A stretch of 35,198 bases of DNA from the NCBI GenBank assembly GCA_965365405.1, contig CBDUBO010000001.1, forward strand, positions 1 to 35,198. Reading direction: 5' to 3'. Source of the stretch: an uncultured Rhodothermales bacterium (GTDB lineage: Bacteria; Bacteroidota; Rhodothermia; Rhodothermales; BA12). The notes under the pieces are model-generated. The model saw only the letters and a program-made list of their open reading frames with translations. It was not told where the DNA came from and did not search any database. Made by a program: the position numbers and the translations under genes. This document shows positions 9,083 through 17,119 of this stretch, piece by piece. How positions within the stretch are numbered: position 1 is the stretch's first letter; each line of letters starts with the position of its first letter.

Positions 9083-11611
9083 TCATGCCCCCGCCTCGCG
9101 CTTTTGATCGCGGGTTTCAAGCCATTGCAAGAGGGCCGGCAGGAAGAGCAGCGCAGCCAGCAGCGTGGCCCCGATGCCCAGCACGGCCAGTTCGCCGATG
9201 GAGCGCAGGCCCGGATGGAAGCTCAGCAGCAGCCCCCCGAAGCCGATCATCGTCGTCAGGCTGGACATGAACACGTGCTCGCCTGTAGAGCGGAGGATGA
9301 AGCGCAGCGAGCCCGGCCCTTCTTCCCGATATCGATGCACCAGGTGCACTCCAGCGTCGTTGCCGATGCCCAGCACGGCGGGCAGCACGACGAGGTTGTA
9401 GAAGTTGAGCTTGAGGCCCAGCAACTCCATGCCCAGCATCATCCATAGCAGCCCTACCACAAGTGGCAGCATGGCAAGTGCCGCCCACTTGACCGAGCGG
9501 AAGTTGAGCCACATCAGCAGCATCACCATCAGAAACGTCGCGCCCACGGCCCAAGGGGCTTCCTGACGCATGAGCCGCAACATGTCCGCCGCTACGAGCG
9601 AGGTAGAGCCAGCGTGGTACGTCGTGCCGTCCGCCGTCGTAATCGTGCCCACTTCGTCCGCAAAGCGAATGGAGCGCCGCCCGTCGGAGAGGCTGCTGTC
9701 CGGGTCGGGATAGACGATGACGAAGTTGCCCAGTTCGCCACTTTTGGTGGTGTACTGCTTGCGGATGGACTCGGGCACCTCTTCGAGCACGACGGGGTCG
9801 GTGGTGGAAGCGGCCAGACGCAACTTTTCGAGGTCGGCATTCGGCTCAGCCGTCAGAAACTCGTCGTTGAGCAGGGTGCGCAGGTGCGCGATCCGTTCGA
9901 GACGCGCTTGCTGTGCCTCTGGCGTGGAAGGAAACCGCTGCTGCAGGCTCTCGACCTCGGAGATGAGCGAGGTCGTGTCCGCCGCCTGCCGCGCCTGGTA
10001 CGCCGCCACGATGGCCGGAATCTCCTCCGGCGTCTCCGTCACGATGTAGGCCGGGTTGCGGCGGTTGCTGCCGTACACCAGCCCGGTGGGCGCGTTGCGC
10101 GCGTTGTAAGCCTCATAAGTCGGTTCGAGCCGGGAAAAGTTGTACTCGAACCCGATGCGCGGCAGAAACGTGATGGCGGCGACCACGGCCAGGATGCTGA
10201 CCGCGAGAATGGGACGGTAGGCCGGGTAGGACTTGCCCGCTGCTACGGCGTGCGGCTCGTGGGCCCGCCCCGCGTCCAGTGTCAGCAGGTGCAGCCGTTC
10301 GAAAAGCGCCAGAAACGCTGGCAACACCACGATCATCGCCACGAGCGCGAGCAGCACGCCCGTGCCGGCGATAAAGCCGAACTCGCTGAAGCCCTTGAAA
10401 TCGGCGAAGACGATGGTGAAGAGTGCGCCTGCCGTCGAGAGCGCACCGATGGTGATGGCCTGCGCCGTCGAGGCAAACGTGCGGTCAACGCCTTCGACGA
10501 CGCCGTAGCCCCGCGCGCGCTCCTCGGTGTAGCGCGCGTAGAAGTGGATGCCGTAGTCGATGCCCAGCCCGAACAGCACCAGCCCCAGCGTCGAGGTCAT
10601 CAGGTTGAGGCTGCCGTAGGCGAGGTAGGCGATGCCAGCCGTCCAGCTCAGGCTCATCAACAGCGGCAGCCCCACGACGAGCGCCAGCACGGGTGCCCGC
10701 GCCAGCGTCGAGAGGAGGAGCGGCAAGCTGAAACGCCCACTCGACTGCGCCCGGTAGGCTTTGTAGACGAAGTACGAAACGACCGAAAGCAGCACGCACA
10801 GCACGCCAACGCCGAAGGAGCCGGCCACATCGTCTTGGATGCTCTGCACCTCGATAAGCTGGCGGTAGAGGCGGCCCGCCGTCGTTACCTGGAGATCGGC
10901 GTGGTACTGCGCCGGGTTGGAGCCGGCAAGCAGCGCGTCCAGGCGCTCGAACGCCCGCCGGATGTTGCTGATGTTGGTCGAGGAGCCGGACGGATAGAAG
11001 CGCAGCACCATCACGGTGCTGTCGTCCGAGACGGGATACTCCTTGCCCACGATGCGGTCGTAGGCTTCTTCGAGGCGCGCCCCTGCGTCCTCCGGTTCGG
11101 CCTGCGCCGCTTCCTCGTCCTCGAAATCCTCTTCCAGGTCGAAGTAAAACGGATTGGCTTCGAGGCGCGCTTCTTCGCGGAGGTCTTCGAGGTACGCCTC
11201 CAGCTCGTCCAGCTCGCGGTCGGTGGCGAAGTAGAGGGCGTTGCGCGCCAGGAAGTCCGTCTCGCGGCGGTAGTCTACGCGGCGGAAAAACGGCTCGGCA
11301 TCGGGCGCGGGGCGCAGCGCCAGCACCTGCGGGATGATCGCCTCAGCATAGGCCCGGTTGGCTGCAAACGAGGGGCTCTGAATGATGACGGCGGCCTCGC
11401 TCTCACCACCCACCGTTGCGCGCAGCTTTTCGAGCGCCTCCACGCTGGCGTAGTCGGACGGCAGTAGGTTGGCGAAGTCCGGGTCGATGCTCAGGTTACG
11501 CGCACTCAGCAGCCCCAGCACGGTTAGCAGTGTGGCCGCGCCGAGGATGGGCAGCGGGTGCCGCGCCACCCATCGGATAAAAGGGCGCAGCAGGTCGAAA
11601 AAGGCGTGCAT
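9083..11611 (-). CDS. MMPL/RND-superfamily exporter (HpnN/MmpL-like)
   Basis: 842 aa. Two repeats, each a large soluble loop followed by a bundle of ~5-6 TM helices. Paired RND-type TM motifs are present: FGLGIDYGIHFYARY and LGIGNDAGVHLVHRY. Confidence 0.9.
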   Translation of the reverse strand: MHAFFDLLRPFIRWVARHPLPILGAATLLTVLGLLSARNLSIDPDFANLLPSDYASVEALEKLRATVGGESEAAVIIQSPSFAANRAYAEAIIPQVLALRPAPDAEPFFRRVDYRRETDFLARNALYFATDRELDELEAYLEDLREEARLEANPFYFDLEEDFEDEEAAQAEPEDAGARLEEAYDRIVGKEYPVSDDSTVMVLRFYPSGSSTNISNIRRAFERLDALLAGSNPAQYHADLQVTTAGRLYRQLIEVQSIQDDVAGSFGVGVLCVLLSVVSYFVYKAYRAQSSGRFSLPLLLSTLARAPVLALVVGLPLLMSLSWTAGIAYLAYGSLNLMTSTLGLVLFGLGIDYGIHFYARYTEERARGYGVVEGVDRTFASTAQAITIGALSTAGALFTIVFADFKGFSEFGFIAGTGVLLALVAMIVVLPAFLALFERLHLLTLDAGRAHEPHAVAAGKSYPAYRPILAVSILAVVAAITFLPRIGFEYNFSRLEPTYEAYNARNAPTGLVYGSNRRNPAYIVTETPEEIPAIVAAYQARQAADTTSLISEVESLQQRFPSTPEAQQARLERIAHLRTLLNDEFLTAEPNADLEKLRLAASTTDPVVLEEVPESIRKQYTTKSGELGNFVIVYPDPDSSLSDGRRSIRFADEVGTITTADGTTYHAGSTSLVAADMLRLMRQEAPWAVGATFLMVMLLMWLNFRSVKWAALAMLPLVVGLLWMMLGMELLGLKLNFYNLVVLPAVLGIGNDAGVHLVHRYREEGPGSLRFILRSTGEHVFMSSLTTMIGFGGLLLSFHPGLRSIGELAVLGIGATLLAALLFLPALLQWLETRDQKREAGA

Positions 11612-11668
11612 GGAGGGGCGAGGCGAAAGAGAGGAACGCGAGGCCGGAGCGCCTCTGCGGGCGGCAAC

Positions 11669-12355
11669 TTAGCGACGCGCGGGCAGCAGCACCAGATCGT
11701 CTACATCCACCTCAGCTTCCCCGCCGGTGTCGTCGGAATCCGACCAGAGCGTGATGGACTGCGGATCGGGCGCGTTCTCGCCGAAAAGGGAGCGGTAGTC
11801 AGCCGCTACGTCGCGCTCGACGGTTTCCCAGCGGTTGGTTTCGCCCCGCGAAACGACGACGACGCGCAGCGATCCCTGCCGCAGCACCGTGCCGGGCGCG
11901 AGGGATGAACTGTAGGTGTACTTGATGCTCTTGGGCCGCCCCAGCCGGTCCGTCCCGAAGGTGACGTACACGGCTCCGCCCACGTCGTTGCGGCGGTTTT
12001 CGCTGGCTCCGCTGGGCAGCTTGTTGGCCCGCCAGCGCCAGCGCAGGCGCGGGTGCTGCGCCAGGTTCCAGCGCAGGTGCGTGCCGTCCGTCAGCAGGGT
12101 GATGCGCTGCGCCTCGCCGCGCGTGTACATCCGCAAGAAACGCGCACTGCCCTCCTGCGCCACCAGAAACTGCTCGCGCTCGTTGAAGTGGCTCGACAGC
12201 GGGTTCATCTTACCCTTGCTGGTGTAAAACACCCAGCGGGCCGGCGGTGCACCCGACGTACCCGTGTTGAAGTCATCTACGACGATATTCTGTGCAGCCA
12301 GGGCGGGGGTCAGGAGAGCTGCCGCCAGCAGCAGCACATAAGGTTTTACAGGCAT
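11669..12355 (-). CDS. Secreted DUF3047-like protein
   Basis: ATG 12355 gives a signal peptide, MPVKPYVLLLAAALLTPALAAQN. The ORF-track start at 12484 only adds 43 featureless residues. The core LRWRWRANKLPSGASENRRNDVGGAVYVTFG...IKYTYSS recalls DUF3047 from memory; this needs an HMM check. Confidence 0.65.
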   Translation of the reverse strand: MPVKPYVLLLAAALLTPALAAQNIVVDDFNTGTSGAPPARWVFYTSKGKMNPLSSHFNEREQFLVAQEGSARFLRMYTRGEAQRITLLTDGTHLRWNLAQHPRLRWRWRANKLPSGASENRRNDVGGAVYVTFGTDRLGRPKSIKYTYSSSLAPGTVLRQGSLRVVVVSRGETNRWETVERDVAADYRSLFGENAPDPQSITLWSDSDDTGGEAEVDVDDLVLLPARR

Positions 12356-12372
12356 AAAAAGCGCGTTTACAG

Positions 12373-12389
12373 AGTCTTCGATAGTCTTC
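12373..12389 (+). repeat. AGTCTTC direct repeat (2 copies, 10-nt period) in the divergent DUF3047/flippase control region
   Basis: AGTCTTC at 12373-12379 and 12383-12389 (context acAGAGTCTTCGATAGTCTTCAaac). Confidence 0.45.
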
Positions 12390-12504
12390 AAACGGTGTGC
12401 CGGCAGGCTATGATACCCGCTTTGTATGGATTCTCCGCGCAAAGCCGGCGCCTTTGCCCTACGCGTTGGACACCCGGTGTACACTCCCGAATTGCGCCTT
12501 TCTT

Positions 12505-14031
12505 GTGACGCTGCCCCCCCTCTCCACTTCCCCTTCCTCTTCGCCCGGCGATTCGCTGGGACGAAAAGTGGGTGTCGTGGTGGCGTCGCGTCTGCTCACG
12601 ACGCTGGTGGATCTGCTGACGATGGTGCTCATCGTGCACCTGCTCAGCAAGCCCGAGCTGGCCATCGTGCGCCTGCTGCTCATTGTTTACGGGACGGCGC
12701 GCTACCTGGCTACGTTCGGCTTCCCCGACAGCATCCTCTACTTTTTCGACAGGGTGGAGAAAGGCGCGCAGCGGCGGCTCGTCCTCCAGACGTGCGGCCT
12801 CCTGGCGGCCACGGCACTCGCGGCCTCGGGCCTGATTATGCTGGCGAGTCTGTACGCAGACGTGCTGCTTTCCAGCACGTGGACGGTGGCTCAGCGAGCC
12901 GCCGTGTCAGACTACCTTCCCTGGATAGCGCTGGTCTGCTTACTTGAAATTCCGACGTGGCCCACTACAAACGTGCTCATCGCCCTCGATCGGCAGCGCG
13001 AGGCGGGACGGTATGAGGTGGCGACGAGTGTGCTGCTGTTCGCGTCCCTGCTCGGCCCGCTACTGCTCGGCTACGAGATCGAAACCGCCGTTTACGGGCT
13101 GGTCTTTTACGCCGTTATCCGCTTCGTGCTGTCCGCCGCCTGGCTGGCGCGTGTATTACCACCCGGAATCTCCCCGCTCCCCAGACACTTCAGACGACAG
13201 CAGGTTCGATTCTCCATCCCACTCGGGCTCAACGGAGCCGTAAACCGGCTGAGCAAATACTTCGACAGCTACGTAATTGCCGTGATGTTGCCCGCCATTG
13301 CGCTGGCGGACTATCAGGTGGGCGCGCAGGAGATTCCGTTCGTGTCCGTGATTCCTGCGGCGGTGGGCTCGGTGTTGGTGTCGCGCTACGCAGCGTTCCA
13401 GTTGGCGGGGGACCGCGACGCGCTCATCGCGCTCTGGCACCGCGCGGCGCTGCGCACGCTGCTCTACGTGGTACCGCTCACCGTCTTGTTCATCGCCGTT
13501 GCGGGCGATTTCATCCACGTGGTGTTTGGCGCTCAGTACCGATCGGCGGTGCTCCTTTTTCAGATTTACAATGTTATCCTGCTGCACCGCATCGTCTCGT
13601 ACGGCAGTGTGCTTCAGGGTTTTGGCGACACGCGCGGGATTCTCCTCATTACGCTCTCGGTTCTGGCCGCGAACGCTGTTCTCAGCGTGCCGCTCACGTT
13701 TGCCTTCGGCGCGGTGGGCACAGCCACAGGCACCCTGCTGGCCTCGGCGGTGGGCTGGGTGCAGGCGCTCCGGCGCATCGGGCGGCACATGGGCCTGCCC
13801 GCGCGCCGCGTCCTTCCGTTTGGGCCCTACGCACGGATGCTGGGCGTCGCCGCCGCTGCCGGCCTTGCGGTGTGGACCGCCCGGACGTGGCTTTATCCCG
13901 ATCTTTCCGCCCTCGCGGGCCTGCTGCTTTCGAGCGGGCTCTATGCTGTGATCTTCGGAGCCGCCGCTGCAGCCCTCGGCGTAGTAACATGGGCCGACTG
14001 GCAGCGAATACGCGCCGCTTTTAGCTTTTGA
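12505..14031 (+). CDS. MOP-superfamily oligo/polysaccharide flippase (Wzx / Polysacc_synt-like)
   Basis: About 12-14 hydrophobic helices throughout, beginning ...GRKVGVVVASRLLTTLVDLLTMVLIVHLLSKPELAIV as in Wzx-type flippases. The start is uncertain: the ORF opens at GTG 12397, but third-position GC rises after GTG 12505. Confidence 0.8.
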   Translation: MTLPPLSTSPSSSPGDSLGRKVGVVVASRLLTTLVDLLTMVLIVHLLSKPELAIVRLLLIVYGTARYLATFGFPDSILYFFDRVEKGAQRRLVLQTCGLLAATALAASGLIMLASLYADVLLSSTWTVAQRAAVSDYLPWIALVCLLEIPTWPTTNVLIALDRQREAGRYEVATSVLLFASLLGPLLLGYEIETAVYGLVFYAVIRFVLSAAWLARVLPPGISPLPRHFRRQQVRFSIPLGLNGAVNRLSKYFDSYVIAVMLPAIALADYQVGAQEIPFVSVIPAAVGSVLVSRYAAFQLAGDRDALIALWHRAALRTLLYVVPLTVLFIAVAGDFIHVVFGAQYRSAVLLFQIYNVILLHRIVSYGSVLQGFGDTRGILLITLSVLAANAVLSVPLTFAFGAVGTATGTLLASAVGWVQALRRIGRHMGLPARRVLPFGPYARMLGVAAAAGLAVWTARTWLYPDLSALAGLLLSSGLYAVIFGAAAAALGVVTWADWQRIRAAFSF

Positions 14032-14043
14032 CCTGCACATTCC

Positions 14044-14883
14044 ATGAGGTGGTACCGCTTCGATTTCAAGCATGAAGACACGGCCCGGCTGGTAGCAGCC
14101 GCAGCAGGGGTGCTGGCTGGAATCCTGCTTGGCTGGTGGTTTGCACCTATCGTAGGCGTGGCGGCAGGCCTCCTGCTGTCGTTTGTAGCCCTCTTTGCGC
14201 TGGGACTCCATCTGGCCCGAAGGGCTGAGCACAGCCGCGAGGCCACGCTGCGGCATCAGCAGGACATCGCGTACCTCTTCAGCCGAATCGAATTCCGCGC
14301 TGCCCTTCCGCCTCTCACTGGCTGGGCAGCCACGCCCCGGCTCGCCTGCACGGTGTACGATCTGGTGCGGCAACGCACGCCCGAACTCGTCGTCGAGGTC
14401 GGGAGCGGCGCCTCTACCATTGTTACCGCCTACGCACTTGAGCAAAATGGCAAAGGGCAGGTCGTTTCGCTTGAACACGATGCCGCCTACGCCGAACGGG
14501 TAGCGCGCGACGTGGCCCGGCACGGACTGCACCACCGCGTCCGAATCGTGCACGCCCCGCTCGGATCGGTCGAGATGGGGGGCCACGTGTATCACTGGTA
14601 CACGTTCGACCCGGCGGCGCAGCTTGGCGGGCAACTCGTCGACCTGCTCGTGGTAGATGGGCCACCACACAAAACACAGCCGGAGGCACGTTACCCCGCT
14701 GTGCCAGTGCTGGCGCGCTTCTTCAGCGCGGATGCGGCCATTGTGCTCGACGATGCCGGGCGAGACGATGAGCAGCGCAGCCTCGAACGATGGGTGGCTG
14801 AGCACGGCTTGCACTGTGCCGAGTATGTTCGGGAAGGCAAAGGCATCGCGCTCTTGGAGAAGAAACAGCCCCAGACTTCTTAA
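14044..14883 (+). CDS. Membrane-anchored class I SAM-dependent methyltransferase
   Basis: 279 aa. Two N-terminal hydrophobic helices (VAAAAGVLAGILLGWWF, IVGVAAGLLLSFVALFALGL) precede a Rossmann methyltransferase core: ELVVEVGSGASTIVTAYAL, VVSLEHD, DLLVVDGPP, AIVLDDAGRDDE. Confidence 0.8.
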   Translation: MRWYRFDFKHEDTARLVAAAAGVLAGILLGWWFAPIVGVAAGLLLSFVALFALGLHLARRAEHSREATLRHQQDIAYLFSRIEFRAALPPLTGWAATPRLACTVYDLVRQRTPELVVEVGSGASTIVTAYALEQNGKGQVVSLEHDAAYAERVARDVARHGLHHRVRIVHAPLGSVEMGGHVYHWYTFDPAAQLGGQLVDLLVVDGPPHKTQPEARYPAVPVLARFFSADAAIVLDDAGRDDEQRSLERWVAEHGLHCAEYVREGKGIALLEKKQPQTS

Positions 14884-14889
14884 CCGGCC

Positions 14890-15369
14890 ATGACGCTCGA
14901 CGCAACGAACCGCCGCGCCCTCCGCCTCATCGGCGCGGTCTTCCTGGTGTACGCCGTTCTCGTGGCCACCCACGAGGGCGAGTTCTGGCCCTTCAGCATC
15001 TACCCGATGTTCTCGCAGGCGGGCCGCCCGTGGCACCGCGCCGTCGTACGCGAACTGCCGGACGACGCGCCAGTGCGCTGGGACACGCTTACGTGGGCCA
15101 CGCTTTCCGGCGCGCCATACAGCACGCAGCGACAGGGTCACCTCGATGCCATCGACGTAGCCAACTACGTGGGCAAGACGAAAGTGTGGACGCGTGAAAG
15201 GGCGGATGCGCTCCAGCCCCTCCTGCTCACTCCGGGCGACCGGCAGCGGCTGGTCGTTTTTCGCGCCTCGGGCCGCATCGTCGAGGGGGACTCTGTGGCC
15301 GTCACGTTCGTGCCCATTGCCTTTGTAGATGCCGACTCGGTGCGCCTCAACCCCGCCCTTGCCCGATGA
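14890..15369 (+). CDS. Hypothetical single-pass membrane protein (159 aa), partner of the downstream HTTM protein
   Basis: ATG lies 6 nt after the methyltransferase stop. Its stop overlaps the next start (ATGA at 15366-15369). An N-terminal helix LRLIGAVFLVYAVLVAT is followed by EFWPFSIYPMFSQ and a ~110-aa soluble part. GC3 is high. Confidence 0.6.
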   Translation: MTLDATNRRALRLIGAVFLVYAVLVATHEGEFWPFSIYPMFSQAGRPWHRAVVRELPDDAPVRWDTLTWATLSGAPYSTQRQGHLDAIDVANYVGKTKVWTRERADALQPLLLTPGDRQRLVVFRASGRIVEGDSVAVTFVPIAFVDADSVRLNPALAR

Positions 15370-16271
15370 GCAGACTCCAGCGCTTCGCCGACACCCTGTT
15401 CGAGTTCGACCGCGCCGACTCGCCGGGGGGCATCCTGTTTTTCAAACTCTACGAGTTCTTCCTGGCCGCCTTCTCGGTACAGCTGGCGTGGAAGTGGGCC
15501 TTCGAGACGGCTCCGCTGCGCGAAGTGGTGCTGCAACTGGGCCTGGCCCGCTACTTCGACGCGCGTCTCTTCTACGGCTCTGCCCTGCCCCTCTGGGTGG
15601 CCGGGGTGGTGACCGTACTCGTCGTGCTGGGCTTTTTCCGCCGTTTCCGCTACGGCTACCTGCTCGGGGTGGGGCTGCTGCACGTGCTCTACGCCGTGCG
15701 CTACACGCAGGGCGAAATTCCCCACTCGTCCAACCTGTTCATGATGTCCGTTCTCGGGCTGGGCGTGGCGACGGCCTTCTTTCCTGATGCGCACGAACGC
15801 CGTCGCTTTACGATGGGCTTCACCTATTTCTACATCGGTCTAGGCTACACCCTCGCTGCCGTCTCCAAGCTCGTCGCCACCGGTGTGACCTGGCCCGATG
15901 GCTTACACCTGTGGATGTGGATCGAGGAAAAGTCGGTGGATCAGATGCTACGCTATGGCGAGGTACACCTCACGTGGCTCCAGGAATGGGCGCTGCGTAG
16001 CCGCCCGCTTGCCACAGCCTTTCTGACGTTCGGCTTCGTGACCGAGATGTTTTCGTGGCTGGTATGGTTCAGGCGCTTCCGGGTGCCCGTGCTGCTGGCC
16101 ATTTTCGGCCTGCACTTTGGCATTTACCTGTCCATGCAGATCGTCTTCGAGCTGTCATTTTACCAGTTCGGACTGCTGCTGCTCCCCCTGCCGGCGCTTT
16201 TCGACGCACTCGCACAGCGACACCGTACCGCCGTTTGGAAAGCCGCGCGGGCCTGCGCCGCCTACGCCTGA
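15366..16271 (+). CDS. HTTM-domain (vitamin-K-dependent gamma-carboxylase / SdpB-like) polytopic membrane protein
   Basis: 301 aa with ~8 helices. By-eye match to the HTTM pattern: VLGFFRRFRYGYLLG, HSSNLFMMSVLGLG, FYIGLGYTLAAVSKLVATGVTWPDG (compare human GGCX ...FYFIAGLKKLDADWVEG..., recalled from memory), VTEMFSWLVWF, FGLHFGIYLSMQIVF. Needs HMM confirmation. Confidence 0.6.
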   Translation: MSRLQRFADTLFEFDRADSPGGILFFKLYEFFLAAFSVQLAWKWAFETAPLREVVLQLGLARYFDARLFYGSALPLWVAGVVTVLVVLGFFRRFRYGYLLGVGLLHVLYAVRYTQGEIPHSSNLFMMSVLGLGVATAFFPDAHERRRFTMGFTYFYIGLGYTLAAVSKLVATGVTWPDGLHLWMWIEEKSVDQMLRYGEVHLTWLQEWALRSRPLATAFLTFGFVTEMFSWLVWFRRFRVPVLLAIFGLHFGIYLSMQIVFELSFYQFGLLLLPLPALFDALAQRHRTAVWKAARACAAYA

Positions 16272-17056
16272 GCCACTGGATCCGCCTGGAAAAAGTTGTA
16301 GAGGCGCGATTGCGCCAGGTATAGCTCGAAGGCCGCCCGGGCCTCGGCGGAGAGCCGGAAGCGGGGATGGCCCCGCACGTCGCGCCGCACGTGGTGGTGC
16401 CAGAGGTAAGCCAGCAGGTCGGCGGGCGTGTTGCGCATTCGGCGCACGAAGTGGGTTTCCTCCCACAGGTTACCGCCGTGGAAGTAGCGGACGTAGAGGT
16501 GTTCGGTGCCCCGCGGCAGGATGCTGTACCTGCGCTGTGTCCACTGCCCCAAGTACGTCGTGTCGCTCGTGCGACGCAGGTTGGGATACCGGATCGTATC
16601 GTCGCGGCGGTGCAGCAGCGTGGGCGGCACGCCACTGGGCAACAGGCCAATGAAAGGGTGCAGAAAGAACTCGGGGCTATCCACGTGCATGAGCGTACCG
16701 GGCAGCGCGCACGCTTCGGCCCCCTGCGCCAGCACTGCCGCCTGCCGGCTCAGCCGTTCAGGATGCGACCAGTCATCGTCGTCCCACTGCGGCGCGAGCC
16801 ATTCGCCCCGCGCCATCTCCAGCGACTGGTTGCGCAGCGCCCCGATGTGGGTGCCCTCTTCGCGCACTACGTGCTGGTACACCACCTGATCGGCAGGCAA
16901 GTCGGCTATTAGGGCTTCAATCGGAGTAATCCCATTGTCCAGCACGACGAGTTCGCGGTTCGGGTACGTCTGCGCCGCAAAGCTGGCAATGGCCCTCCGC
17001 GCGTACTCGGGCCGGTCGGCGGTGACCATCAGGCAACTGATGCGGGGTAAGGCCAT
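16262..17056 (-). CDS. Glycosyltransferase family 2 (GT-A)
   Basis: ATG 17056 gives MALPRISCLMVTADRPEYARRAIASFAAQTYPNRELVVLDNG, a canonical GT2 start. DXD-type motif QWDDDDW is present. The ORF-track start at 17287 is an unsupported extension. The 3' end overlaps the convergent HTTM gene by 10 nt. Confidence 0.85.
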   Translation of the reverse strand: MALPRISCLMVTADRPEYARRAIASFAAQTYPNRELVVLDNGITPIEALIADLPADQVVYQHVVREEGTHIGALRNQSLEMARGEWLAPQWDDDDWSHPERLSRQAAVLAQGAEACALPGTLMHVDSPEFFLHPFIGLLPSGVPPTLLHRRDDTIRYPNLRRTSDTTYLGQWTQRRYSILPRGTEHLYVRYFHGGNLWEETHFVRRMRNTPADLLAYLWHHHVRRDVRGHPRFRLSAEARAAFELYLAQSRLYNFFQADPVAQA

Positions 17057-17119
17057 GCACGTGGGGATTCTGCTGCGTAAGGTACTGCCGTACTTTGCGC
17101 CCGGTTCAGCCCCACCCCT

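Noticed and set aside
9614-11467. 617-aa plus-strand ORF antisense to the MMPL exporter
   Set aside because: It is a shadow ORF of a clearly real 842-aa RND/MMPL gene, with R/G/A/V/D-rich low-information sequence.
13156-15141. 661-aa ORF on the minus strand spanning the flippase, methyltransferase and 159-aa genes
   Set aside because: It is antisense to three well-supported genes. Its composition is dominated by R/G/A/H/P/E, typical of stop-free shadow frames in high-GC DNA, and I saw no recognisable motifs.
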